DNA from: Candidatus Caldarchaeales archaeon
GTDB lineage: Archaea; Thermoproteota; Nitrososphaeria_A; Caldarchaeales; Calditenuaceae
DNA: 64,000 nt
Assembly: GCA_039630085.1 (NCBI GenBank)
Contig: JBCNVM010000007.1
Location: 16,901-80,900, forward strand
Direction of reading: 5' to 3'
Part shown: one piece after another, positions 28,811-38,001 of the stretch
Position numbering within the stretch: the first letter of the stretch is position 1
How the letters are laid out: each line of letters begins with the position of its first letter
Notes under the pieces: model-generated
Told to the model about the DNA's origin: nothing
Databases searched by the model: none
The model's input: only the letters and a program-made list of their open reading frames with translations
Position numbers and translations under genes: made by a program

Positions 28811-30133
28811 GTGCTGGACTTCGAGGCGCTGCTCGATAGGATCCGGGCGCGACACGGAGAGGAAGCTGTCAGGAGGGTGCTCGAGCGGGTCGAGGCCGAG
28901 GTCTCGAGGGACCCGAAGCTCACGAGGCTCGGAGCGCTGCTGCTGGTCGCGGGCGAGATGGGCTACCTGAGCAGGGAGGGGGAGGACAGGGACTCGTTGA
29001 GGCTCGCGGACCTCGTCGGAGGCCTGAGGGGGATGACGGTCACCTGCAGGGTCCTGGGGATCAAGGGCCCGGTACAGGTCTCCGGGAGGAAGGTCTCTTA
29101 CGCGAGGGTCGGCGACGGCTCGGCCAAGTTGGACCTCGTCGCCTGGGGGGAGGCCGCGGAGTCGCTCTCGAGGGCCCAGGTGGGGTTCGGGGACGCGGTC
29201 AGGCTCACGAACGTCAGGGTCTCCGAGAGGGCCGGAGGGCTGCTGGAGCTGCACGTCGACGAGCGGTCGACCGTCGCGAAGGTCGAGGCCCCTTGGATTC
29301 CGCCCGCCGGGTCGATGTTCGAGAGGTCCCTCTCCGCGGGGAGCAGAGGGCCCCTCGACGTCGAGGCGACGGTCCTGGGCGTGGGTGCTCCGAGGAGCTT
29401 CGCGGGACCGAAGGGCCCTTCGAGCGTGAGGAGCGCGCTCCTGCTGGTCGGGGGCTTCCCGGCGCTGCTGTCCGCGAGAGATGAGCATCTGGCCGGAGAA
29501 CAGCTCGAGCCCTGGACGGCCTACAGGTTCGCTTCGCTGAGGCTGAAGGAGGGGAGGCTCGTCACGACGTCGAGGACCTGCGCGTCGAGGTCCGGCCCCG
29601 TCAGCCCCGAGGAGGCGCTGGGCGCGGTGAGGGTCCTGGGCCCCTCGGGCAGGGGTTACGCTCCCGCGACCAACGGCAGGTTCTGGTTGAGGCTCGGGGG
29701 CGAAGTTCCCCCGCAGGGCGAGGCCGTCGTCATCAGGTCAGCCCGCTTCGAGGAGAGGGGGAGGGCCTGGTTCCTGGTCGTGGGCGAGCGCGAGCCTGTC
29801 GGGGCCGAGGTCGGGGGCCCGCTGGACGTTCCTCTGGACTCGCTGGCGGAGGGCATGAGGGAGGTCTCGGTCAGGGGGAGGCTGGTCGGGAAGTCGGCGG
29901 TCTCAGAGGTCAGGACCGCGGCCGGGAGGGTGAAGGCGATGGCCTTCTGGCTGACCGACGGAGGCAGGTCGATCGTCTGCAGGGCGTGGAGGGAGGCTTG
30001 CGACGCGGTGAGCGGAATCCCGGAGGGGGCCGAGGTGAGGCTGAGGTTCGTGAGGGTCTCGAGGAGCAGGTGGGGAGAGCTGGAGGTCCACGTCGACCCC
30101 GAGTCCGAGGTCGAGGAGATCAGGGAGGCCTGA
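28811..30133 (+). CDS. Replication protein A / multi-OB-fold ssDNA-binding protein
   Basis: ALLLVAGEMG N-terminus, OB motifs VGDGSAKLDLVAWG and LTDGGRSIVCRAW, LELHV/LEVHV ends. Confidence 0.72.
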   Translation: MLDFEALLDRIRARHGEEAVRRVLERVEAEVSRDPKLTRLGALLLVAGEMGYLSREGEDRDSLRLADLVGGLRGMTVTCRVLGIKGPVQVSGRKVSYARVGDGSAKLDLVAWGEAAESLSRAQVGFGDAVRLTNVRVSERAGGLLELHVDERSTVAKVEAPWIPPAGSMFERSLSAGSRGPLDVEATVLGVGAPRSFAGPKGPSSVRSALLLVGGFPALLSARDEHLAGEQLEPWTAYRFASLRLKEGRLVTTSRTCASRSGPVSPEEALGAVRVLGPSGRGYAPATNGRFWLRLGGEVPPQGEAVVIRSARFEERGRAWFLVVGEREPVGAEVGGPLDVPLDSLAEGMREVSVRGRLVGKSAVSEVRTAAGRVKAMAFWLTDGGRSIVCRAWREACDAVSGIPEGAEVRLRFVRVSRSRWGELEVHVDPESEVEEIREA

Positions 30134-30971
30134 CGTCTACGTCCCCGAAGGAGTCGAAGTAACCCTCCCCCGCGTCCTCCGCGCCCTGAAGCCCTTCGGA
30201 GGGCTCGCTGGGCTGGAAGGACCTCTGGAACTGCGGCGCCCCTTGGAGCGCGGCCTCTATCGTCCTTAGGGGAGGCCCGATCACGACGCCCCGCCCGCGC
30301 ATGATCTCGAAGGTGTAGACCGACATGTCAGCGGGAGACCAGCGCATCTTCCTCACCATCAAAGTCCTGACGAGCCTCCCGCCGACGTTCCTCAGCCCGA
30401 CCACTATCACACCGGAGGAGAGGAACTCCTCGTACCCGAACCTGCTAAGCCTGTTGGAGCCCGAGGGTATGTCGCAGGTGAGGACCGTCGTGGCCCCGAT
30501 CTTCTCCTCCAGGAAGAGGATGATCTCCCTGATGTACTCCCTGACCGCGAACTCTTCGAGCGCCCCGAAGGCCATCGCCGATATCGGGTCCAGCACGATC
30601 CTCGAGACCCTGCCGCCGTTCGTCATCCTGATGATCGTGTCGATGTAGGCCTTGCTGCTCTTCCCGTACTTCCTGAGGTCCTCGGAGAAGATCCTGATCT
30701 CGAAGGGGTAGAGGAGGCCCATCTTGTAATAGGACCAGAGGTCCCACCCGAGGGTCGTCGCTCCGTCCATCACGCCCTGGACCCGCTCGTCGAGGGAGAC
30801 GTACGCGACGTGCTCACCGTTCTTCAGGCCCTCGAGGAGGAAATGGAGGCTGAGGATCGTCTTCCCGACACCCGTCTCTCCGGTTATCAGGTACGTTTTG
30901 CCGCGGATCAACCCTCCGCCAAGTATCCTATCGAGCTTGCCTATTCCGGTGGACACCCTCTCTAGGACCAA
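30120..30971 (-). CDS. Single-domain KaiC/RAD55-like RecA-superfamily ATPase
   Basis: RVSTGIGKLDRILGGG, Walker A GETGVGKT, RIVLDPIS, YEEFLSSG, VRKMR. Confidence 0.9.
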   Translation of the reverse strand: MVLERVSTGIGKLDRILGGGLIRGKTYLITGETGVGKTILSLHFLLEGLKNGEHVAYVSLDERVQGVMDGATTLGWDLWSYYKMGLLYPFEIRIFSEDLRKYGKSSKAYIDTIIRMTNGGRVSRIVLDPISAMAFGALEEFAVREYIREIILFLEEKIGATTVLTCDIPSGSNRLSRFGYEEFLSSGVIVVGLRNVGGRLVRTLMVRKMRWSPADMSVYTFEIMRGRGVVIGPPLRTIEAALQGAPQFQRSFQPSEPSEGLQGAEDAGEGYFDSFGDVDVRPP

Positions 30972-31007
30972 TCCTGAGACGGGTCCCCCTCCGTGCTTAA
31001 AAGAGTA

Positions 31008-31613
31008 TCAGCGGTCCCGGGACGCCTGCGGGTCCGAGGAGCCGCCCCCGGTCCCCGCGTCGCCGCCTCCCCTCTCCCGGGAGCCGCGCCCGCCCTCCGA
31101 CCTGACGAACCCGACCAGCAGGTACGCCGCGTTGACCAGCACCAGGACGATGAGGACGATCGGGCCCAGCGGGTAGAAGAGCTCGCCCCTCAGTATCAGC
31201 GAAAGGTATCCTATTCCGGTCCAATAAGGAATCTTGAACCCGGTCCAGCGGCCCACCAGCATCTCCTTGGTCACCGGCATCGGGTCCGGAGAGAGGTTCG
31301 CGTCGCCCTTCGTGACGATCCCGATCCCCTCCCTCGCGATCGCCCTGTGGACGATCAGCCTGCCGTCGTAGGGCCTGCGGTAGACGATGACGTCGCCGTC
31401 GACCGGCGAGGCCTTCACCTCCTCGAACCTCACGCCCTCGATCAGGAGGACATCGCCCTCGTGGAGGACGGGCCTCATGCTGCCCGACGCTACCACCACC
31501 AACGGGTACTGGCTATTGAGGGCCAGGCCGACGGCCGCGAACGCTGCGAACGCCAGCACCACTATCCCCACGAGCAACAGGACCGACTTGACGAGCTCCC
31601 TTACCCTGCTCAT
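31008..31613 (-). CDS. Signal peptidase I (S26, Sec11-like)
   Basis: VVASGSMRP, GDVIVY, IVHR, TKGDAN motifs between TM helices. Confidence 0.92.
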   Translation of the reverse strand: MSRVRELVKSVLLLVGIVVLAFAAFAAVGLALNSQYPLVVVASGSMRPVLHEGDVLLIEGVRFEEVKASPVDGDVIVYRRPYDGRLIVHRAIAREGIGIVTKGDANLSPDPMPVTKEMLVGRWTGFKIPYWTGIGYLSLILRGELFYPLGPIVLIVLVLVNAAYLLVGFVRSEGGRGSRERGGGDAGTGGGSSDPQASRDR

Positions 31614-34495
31614 ATGTTCCGCCTCACCACCCTTCTGGTCCCGGGGCTCCTGCTCGCCGCGACCTGAGGGGCTGAGTTCCGGCGCGACTCGGCCCGCTGC
31701 GCCCCGCCGCGCGGCCTTCCGACCCTGAAGGCCCTGAAGAGGCCGAACGCCGCGACCGCGCCGAGGAGCGGCGAGACGACGTACGGCATGCTGCCCTCGA
31801 GGGCTCTGGGCTGGACGACCGTGAAGACCCTCTCGCGCGGACCGCCCTTCACCTCCAAGCCCGCCTCCTGCTGGCCGAAGGTCGTGTTGAACCTGACCCT
31901 GTACCTGCCCTCCGGGAGCACCACGGAGCCCTCGCCCTCCACCTGGCCGCTCAGGACCGGCCTGCCCCTCCGGCCCGCGGCCTCCGACGCGATGTGGTAG
32001 AACGAGTAGTTGGCCTTCCCCACGCTCCTTCCGTCGAGGCTCAGGAGCTTGAAGCGGACCTCGTGGACCGGCAGGTCGATCGTCCTCCTCGAGGTGGAGC
32101 CGTGGTCGATCGTCTCCGAGTGGACCGGTATGCCGAGGTAGTCCACGCGTATGTCGTACCGGGTCGCGGGGAGGAGGACGGAGATCGAGCCGTCCTCGCC
32201 GGAGGAGCCGGAGAAGAGCTCAGCGTTGTTCTCCTTCGCGACGACGCTGACCGATGCGCCCTTCAGGGGCAGCCTCTCGCCGTCGATCGACCCGAAGGTG
32301 AACTTGAGTTGGAGCGTGAAGACCCGAGCCCTGACCTGGATGACCTCTCCGTCCTCGTCGACCCTGAAGTCGGTCCCCGTGAACACGCCGATGCCTTTGT
32401 AGTAGACCGAGACCCCGACCTTTCCTCCCGGAACCAGGTCCACTTCGGCCGTGCCGTTGCCGCGGAGCTCTCCCTCCGCCCTGAACTCCGCGATCGAGAC
32501 GGTGTAGCTTCCCTCGCCGAGCGGCCTCCCCTCGCCGTCCGAGACCCGCAGGACGACCCTGAAGACACGGGTGCCCGCGACCTCGATCACCGGGTTCTCG
32601 AGCTGGAACGCGAAGGACCTCTCGCCCTCGGAGAGCACCTCGACGCCCCTGTATACCACCCTCACCGAGACGCTCGCGTGCGGCACGTCGAGGAAGGTGG
32701 CCCTGCCTTCGGCGTCGGTGACCCTGCCCTCCCTGTAATCTCCAACCGAGACGTGGACCAGCGCGCCGTCGAGCGGCCTCAGGCCCCTGTTGTCGAGCAC
32801 CCTCACAATCAGGTCCACGACCCTCGCGGATATCCTGAGGCTACCGGACCGGAGCGCCGCCGAGTCGACCCAGCCCTCCGCGACCGTCACGCCCTTGTAG
32901 ATTAACCTGTAATCGTAGTTCAGGTCGACCAGCTTCCCGAACGACGTGCCCGCCTTGGTCACCTCGACCCTCCCGACCTCGCTGCCCCCGAGGAGGAGGA
33001 CCAGCGTCCCGTCGATCGGCCTCCTGGCGGTGGAGTTGGCCGAGACCCTCAGCTCGTAAACGACGGGAGAGAGGGAGATCTGGCCTCCGTGCTGCGGCCT
33101 AATCGGCCCTTCACCGATGACCCGTCCCTGATAGAGGAGCTGGTACCTGTAGCTCACGAGCGGGTGGTTCTCGACGAGCGCGTAGGCCCTCTCGAGCGTC
33201 CACTCCCTAGAGTATGTCCCTCCCTCGACCGAGAGCCTCAGCACCACGGTGTCCCTGAGGAGCTGCGGCAGCTTACCGAAGAGCCCCTCGAGGTTCAGCG
33301 AGACCCCGAAGTTCCCGATGTTGACCGTCACCCTGAGGTCGGTCCTTATGCTGTCGGACCTGAGCGCGCCCCTGTAGACCTCCTGGCCCTCGAAGAGGAC
33401 CCTGAGCTCGTAGTCCCTGTCCGCCCTGACGTACCCGAAGTCGAACCTGCCGTCGCTGGACGTGACTGACTTGTACTCCGTCGCGCCGACCAGCAGCCGA
33501 GCCGTCAGGCCGATGCCCGAGACCTGCCTTCCCAGCAGCGTGTTGGCGATCAGGGAGAACTTCGCGACCGGGAGCGTGATGTCACCCAGGTTCGTGTCGT
33601 CGCCGACGTAGCGGTCGTCCATCCGGAGGACCTCCTCGTTTCCCAATACGAACCGGAGCGAGTAGGTCTGTTCGGGGATCAGCCTGAACACCACGCTGCC
33701 GTCGCTCTCGGAGGTCGCGGTCCTGAGGGGCGCGTTGGCCCCCTTCACGATAAGCTCCACCTTTACACCCGCGACCGGCGAGCCTTCCCTGTCCTTCACC
33801 GCCATCCGGACCCTGAAGAGGGGCAGGCTGACCGTCAGGCTCTCGCTTCCGACTTGAAGGGTGTGGGAGACCTCTTGGGAGTAACGCCGCGTCCCCAGCC
33901 CGGGCCCCGACACATCATAGCGGACGCTCACCGAGTAGACCGTGCCGGCCGGGAGGTTCGGGACCACGACCTCGCCGTTGCTGCCGGTAGCGGCGTTAGA
34001 GACGAGCGTCCGCGGCTCGGTCTCGGTCGAGGTGACGTTGACCCTCGCGTCCTGAACCGGGTCGCCGGACCTGCTCCTGACGACCACCCTCAGGTGGAGG
34101 ACAGGCAACTTGACGTCGATTGACCTTTGCCTGCACCCGTTCTCGTCACACTTCAGGCTCATCTCGTAAAGCTCCTTCCCCTTGAAGAAGACCCTGAGGG
34201 TGTAGTTGTTGTAGAGGGGAGAAGTTCCGTTCTTGAGCCGGAGAGTCACCTTCCCGTCGGAGCCCGTAATCGCCGACCCCCTCACGGTCTCGTTGTTGGC
34301 GACCTTTGTGCCGTTGGAGAAATAGGCGGTGACGTTGGCGTTCTGCAGGGGCTCCATGTAATGGTTCCTGACGGCCACCGTGACGTCGTTGGTAGAGGGG
34401 CCCGCGTAAGCCTCCTCCACGTGAAGCGAGAGGACGAGGGCAAGCGCGAGCAGGGCCGTCAGCAGGAAGGCCGGCGCCCCCGACGATAGCCTCAT
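31610..34495 (-). CDS. Large cell-surface protein with tandem carboxypeptidase-regulatory-like (prealbumin-fold) repeats
   Basis: Signal peptide; repeated PxxxAxV...TxxDGxxxF units; many N-x-S/T sequons near the N-terminus; C-terminal TM plus basic tail. Confidence 0.75.
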   Translation of the reverse strand: MRLSSGAPAFLLTALLALALVLSLHVEEAYAGPSTNDVTVAVRNHYMEPLQNANVTAYFSNGTKVANNETVRGSAITGSDGKVTLRLKNGTSPLYNNYTLRVFFKGKELYEMSLKCDENGCRQRSIDVKLPVLHLRVVVRSRSGDPVQDARVNVTSTETEPRTLVSNAATGSNGEVVVPNLPAGTVYSVSVRYDVSGPGLGTRRYSQEVSHTLQVGSESLTVSLPLFRVRMAVKDREGSPVAGVKVELIVKGANAPLRTATSESDGSVVFRLIPEQTYSLRFVLGNEEVLRMDDRYVGDDTNLGDITLPVAKFSLIANTLLGRQVSGIGLTARLLVGATEYKSVTSSDGRFDFGYVRADRDYELRVLFEGQEVYRGALRSDSIRTDLRVTVNIGNFGVSLNLEGLFGKLPQLLRDTVVLRLSVEGGTYSREWTLERAYALVENHPLVSYRYQLLYQGRVIGEGPIRPQHGGQISLSPVVYELRVSANSTARRPIDGTLVLLLGGSEVGRVEVTKAGTSFGKLVDLNYDYRLIYKGVTVAEGWVDSAALRSGSLRISARVVDLIVRVLDNRGLRPLDGALVHVSVGDYREGRVTDAEGRATFLDVPHASVSVRVVYRGVEVLSEGERSFAFQLENPVIEVAGTRVFRVVLRVSDGEGRPLGEGSYTVSIAEFRAEGELRGNGTAEVDLVPGGKVGVSVYYKGIGVFTGTDFRVDEDGEVIQVRARVFTLQLKFTFGSIDGERLPLKGASVSVVAKENNAELFSGSSGEDGSISVLLPATRYDIRVDYLGIPVHSETIDHGSTSRRTIDLPVHEVRFKLLSLDGRSVGKANYSFYHIASEAAGRRGRPVLSGQVEGEGSVVLPEGRYRVRFNTTFGQQEAGLEVKGGPRERVFTVVQPRALEGSMPYVVSPLLGAVAAFGLFRAFRVGRPRGGAQRAESRRNSAPQVAASRSPGTRRVVRRNI

Positions 34496-34567
34496 GACTG
34501 CTTGAGACCCGCTCGACCAAATTTAAATGAATTTAGCCGTTCAACCGCGCGCATCGTCGGCACGTCG

Positions 34568-34855
34568 TCACCCGCCGGCGATCGCGGGCAAGAGGAAGAT
34601 CTTGTCGTTCTCCTTGACCTCGGTCTCGAGGCCCCTCAGCTCGTTGACGTTCCGGTCGTTCAGGAAGACGTTGACGTACCTCCTGAGGTTGCCGGACTCG
34701 TCGAAGAGCTGCTGCCGTAGCCTCGGGAATCTTTCCACGAGGGCCGCGATCGCGCCCCCGACGGTCTCGGCCTCGACCGTGACCCGGTCCGAGTTCCCGG
34801 CGAATCCCCTCAGCGGAGCGGGGATGTAGACCTCGACCCTCCTCGTCAACCCCAA
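34568..34855 (-). CDS. Ubiquitin-like SAMP/MoaD/ThiS sulfur carrier
   Basis: LRRYVNVFLND, C-terminal LPAIAGG. Confidence 0.9.
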   Translation of the reverse strand: MGLTRRVEVYIPAPLRGFAGNSDRVTVEAETVGGAIAALVERFPRLRQQLFDESGNLRRYVNVFLNDRNVNELRGLETEVKENDKIFLLPAIAGG

Positions 34856-35021
34856 TCACCGCCCGGAAGCCCGGACATTAACGTGATCCGGGGTGCCGCA
34901 CGCCGCGATCGACCACTCGCCGGCGGATCGACCGGTATTACCGAGGACCGGTGGACCGGGCCGCGCGAGGTAACCTTACTAGATCCCGGTTGACAAAAAT
35001 GTCTGACGCGGAGGCGTCGGG

Positions 35022-35582
35022 ATGCTGACGGGTTCCGCCGGAAGTCCGTCGGAAGAAGGGGCTCAGGTCCTTCACAGGAGGCCGAGGATTGACCCGCTCC
35101 TCGCATACCTGTTCAGGCAGAGCGCGCTGACCGAGAGGCAGTTGGAGGTGCTCCTGATCGAGCTCGACCCGGCTACGAAGGGGATGAAGGTCTCCGAGAA
35201 GGCGAGACTGCTCGGCGTCACGAAGGGGACCTACGCCAAGGTGCTCCAGCAGGCGCTCAGGAACCTCTCCCAGAGCGTCTTCACGGTCCTCCTGATGAGC
35301 TACTTGGGGCTCCAAGGAGGGGAAGAGGGGCCCGGCTGGATAGCGGAGGTCGGCGAGCACCTGAGGGCCGGGAGGTTCGACGAGGCGCTGGAGGTCCTCT
35401 CCGACGTCGAGAAGGTCCTAAGGAGGTCGCTGAGGGAGTCCTGCTCCGCGCCTCCTGAAGGAGTCGAGGGCCGCGGCGAGCGCGAAGAGGGCCGCGAGGG
35501 CGATCATCCCCGCGTGGGAGAGCCTGAAGGGGAGGTCCCAGCCCGGGTTCAGGACCGCGTCGGACATCCTGTAGGCGACTAG
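35022..35582 (+). CDS. Hypothetical HTH DNA-binding protein
   Basis: SALTERQLE...EKARLLGVTKGTYAKVLQQA; host-like codon use; 3' end overlaps a convergent ORF. Confidence 0.6.
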   Translation: MLTGSAGSPSEEGAQVLHRRPRIDPLLAYLFRQSALTERQLEVLLIELDPATKGMKVSEKARLLGVTKGTYAKVLQQALRNLSQSVFTVLLMSYLGLQGGEEGPGWIAEVGEHLRAGRFDEALEVLSDVEKVLRRSLRESCSAPPEGVEGRGEREEGREGDHPRVGEPEGEVPARVQDRVGHPVGD

Positions 35583-35858
35583 TCCGGCGAGCGAGAGGGA
35601 GAATATCGCACCGACAAGCGAGATTCTAGTCAGTAGAACAATCGCCGCCAAGAACCCCGAGAGGAGGAGGAAGCTCGAGGTCGCGAGCCACAGCTGTCCG
35701 TCAAAGCCCGTTCTAATCCCCTGTATCGCATAAGGGACGACGTTCGCAAGCCATAGAATCGCAGTTAGTTTTGAGACGCGGGAGTTCAGCAACGGGCACC
35801 TCACGGCTAAAGTGGCCAGGGCTTGACGTGATAAACGTGATTCGTTCATCAGGGCCAA
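35418..35858 (-). CDS. Small membrane protein (about 4 TM)
   Basis: Four hydrophobic segments; true start probably downstream of the track start. Confidence 0.5.
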   Translation of the reverse strand: MALMNESRLSRQALATLAVRCPLLNSRVSKLTAILWLANVVPYAIQGIRTGFDGQLWLATSSFLLLSGFLAAIVLLTRISLVGAIFSLSLAGLVAYRMSDAVLNPGWDLPFRLSHAGMIALAALFALAAALDSFRRRGAGLPQRPP

Positions 35859-35966
35859 ACCGCCGACGGTCCGATCGCTCGTAATCCCTCGGAGATCCGC
35901 GGGTATGACCTTCCGTTCTTCTGGAACATCGACGTATTTCTAGCTGGTGGGCCCGGTGACCGCAGG

Positions 35967-36350
35967 ATGCCGAAGAGGAGACTGAGGCTCGAGATGGTCG
36001 ACGAGGACGGCGACCGGATCACGCTGATCATCGAGGGGAACCTGACCAGGGAGAAGGTACTCCAGGTCGCGGACCTGATCGAGCTCTACGGAGGGCATCA
36101 GGAGCGGACGGGTCCCCTCGAGAACAAGCTGGTAAGGCTGGCGAGGGCGGTGGAGAGGAGGCTGGCCTTGGGCCCCTTCACGTCGAGGGACGCGGTTGAG
36201 GCCTACAGGGAGGAGTACGGCGAGGAGATCACGCTCAGCACCGCCTCCACCTACTTGGCCCGCCTGACCGAGAGGGGCTTCCTCGAGAGGGAGCCGAGCC
36301 CCGGCGGCGCGGTGAGGTACAGGCTCGCGAGGCAGCAGGTCGAGGACTGA
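35967..36350 (+). CDS. Hypothetical winged-helix protein
   Basis: FTSRDAVEAYREEYGEEITLSTASTYLARLTERGFL...VRYRL. Confidence 0.7.
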   Translation: MPKRRLRLEMVDEDGDRITLIIEGNLTREKVLQVADLIELYGGHQERTGPLENKLVRLARAVERRLALGPFTSRDAVEAYREEYGEEITLSTASTYLARLTERGFLEREPSPGGAVRYRLARQQVED

Positions 36351-36359
36351 GCATTCCGG

Positions 36360-36595
36360 AACCGAAGCCCCTCAAGCCGAGTCTCTCTTAACGGTGGAGA
36401 CCAACAGGGCTTCAGGACCGTTCTCCGCCCGCGGACCGCTCCTCGTCGACCTCGATGGATCAGCCCGTTGTTCCGAGGGACCTTTGCGCGTCCAGCTTGG
36501 AGCCGAAGCCTGACCGTCGGGGGCATCGGACCGGACTCGCGGGTCGCGGTTGTGCGAGATGCCGACGGGGCACGGGTCAGCCCGCTGGCCCACGT
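36360..36595. ncRNA. Candidate structured non-coding RNA, family unassigned
   Basis: Multiple long complementary stems in an intergenic gap; TATAAAA on the minus strand at ~36600-36606. Confidence 0.3.
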
Positions 36596-36630
36596 TACCT
36601 TTTATAGAGCGCGAGGAAGCCGTAGGAAGA

Positions 36631-36705
36631 GGGGCCGTAGTCTAGCATGGAGTGGACGCCCGGCTCGGGCCCGGGAGGTCGCCGGTTCAAATCCGGCCGG
36701 CCCCA
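36631..36705 (+). tRNA. tRNA-Pro (CGG), CCA not encoded, no intron
   Basis: GGGGCCG/CGGCCCC acceptor, anticodon arm CCCGG-CTCGGGC-CCGGG, T-loop GGTTCAAATCC; TTTATA about 30 nt upstream. Confidence 0.96.
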
Positions 36706-36756
36706 CGCGGCTGGGCGGTTTCCAAGCTTTTTACTCGGGAGGAGGTCGGACGGTCG

Positions 36757-38001
36757 GTGGACGCGGAGCACCTGAAGGGGATCAGGGGGACTTGGGGCGA
36801 CTGGCTCTCGGGGAAGAGGGTGGCCCTCGCGGTGACCGCGAGCGTCTCGGCCTACAGGTCCCCTGACGTCGCGAGGCTGCTGATGAGGCACGGCGCCGAG
36901 GTCGTCCCGGTGATGACTAGGGAGGCCGCGTCGATGCTGAGCCCCGAGGTGATGAGGTGGGCGACGGGGAACGACCCGATCGTCGAGCCCACGGGCCGGA
37001 TCGAGTACGTCGAGCTGACCGAGGGGAGCGGGAGGGTGGACGCGGTCGTGGTGGCCCCCGCGACGCAGAACGTGTTGGCGAAGCTCTGCGCGGGGATCTC
37101 GGACGACGCGGTGACGCTTCTGCTCTCGTGCGCCCTCGGGAACGGGATACCGGTCGTCGCGGCGCCGGCGATGCACGAGTCGATGTTCAGGTCGCCCGTC
37201 GTGAGGGAGCTGACGGAGAGGCTGAGGTCGCTGGGCGTGACCGTCGTGGGGCCTAGGGCAGAGGAGGGGAAGGCGAAGCTGGCGGAGCCCGAGGACGTCC
37301 TCGACGCGACGATATACGCGACGTCTCCGAAGCCCCTGAGGGGGACCAAGTACGTCGTGACCGCGGGCCCTACTAGGGAGCACATAGACTCGGTCAGGTT
37401 CATCACCAACGCCTCGAGCGGGAAGATGGGCGTCGAGGTGGCGAGGGCGCTGAGGAGGCTCGGGGCCGACGTGACGCTGGTCCACGGTCCGATGCAGGCG
37501 AGGCCGCCCTTCGACGTCGGGACGGTCCGGGTCACCTCCGCGAGGGAGATGCTCGACGCCTGCCTGAGGGAGGCCGGGGGCGCGAGGGGGCTCTTCGCGG
37601 CGGCCGCGGTCTCCGACTACGAACCTGTCGGGCGCTTCGGCGGCAAGGTCGACAGCAGGGCTCGCGGAGAGCTGGAGCTCAGGCTGAGGGCCACGCCGAA
37701 GGTCGTCGCGGAGGTGAGGAGGGCCTACCCGGAGATCGACCTAGTGGTCTTCAGGGCGGTCCACGGGATGACCGGCGAACCCAAGGAGCTGGCCTCGCCC
37801 TACGCGGAGCTGAGCCCGGTGATGGTGGCGATCAACGACGTCTCGAGGGAGGACATCGGGTTCGGGAGGGATCTGAACGAGCTGGTCGTGGTCGCGAGGA
37901 GCGGCCTCATCGAGAGGATAGGTCCCGCGAGGAAGTCGAGCGTCGCGAGGGCCCTAGTCGGGCTCTACCTGAGGGAGGTGGGGATAGGTGAAGCTGGGTG
38001 A
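36757..38001 (+). CDS. coaBC: Phosphopantothenoylcysteine decarboxylase / ligase CoaBC
   Basis: VVAPATQN, APAMHESM, VTAGPTREHIDSVRFITNASSGKMG, AAAVSDY. Confidence 0.94.
   Translation: MDAEHLKGIRGTWGDWLSGKRVALAVTASVSAYRSPDVARLLMRHGAEVVPVMTREAASMLSPEVMRWATGNDPIVEPTGRIEYVELTEGSGRVDAVVVAPATQNVLAKLCAGISDDAVTLLLSCALGNGIPVVAAPAMHESMFRSPVVRELTERLRSLGVTVVGPRAEEGKAKLAEPEDVLDATIYATSPKPLRGTKYVVTAGPTREHIDSVRFITNASSGKMGVEVARALRRLGADVTLVHGPMQARPPFDVGTVRVTSAREMLDACLREAGGARGLFAAAAVSDYEPVGRFGGKVDSRARGELELRLRATPKVVAEVRRAYPEIDLVVFRAVHGMTGEPKELASPYAELSPVMVAINDVSREDIGFGRDLNELVVVARSGLIERIGPARKSSVARALVGLYLREVGIGEAG

Noticed and set aside
36360-36595. SRP RNA or RNase P RNA assignment, and the 73-aa minus ORF
   Set aside because: No CAGG-N-GGAA-N-AGCA helix 8 and no GAGGAAAGTCC P4 strand; the ORF starts too close to the TATA box and looks non-coding.
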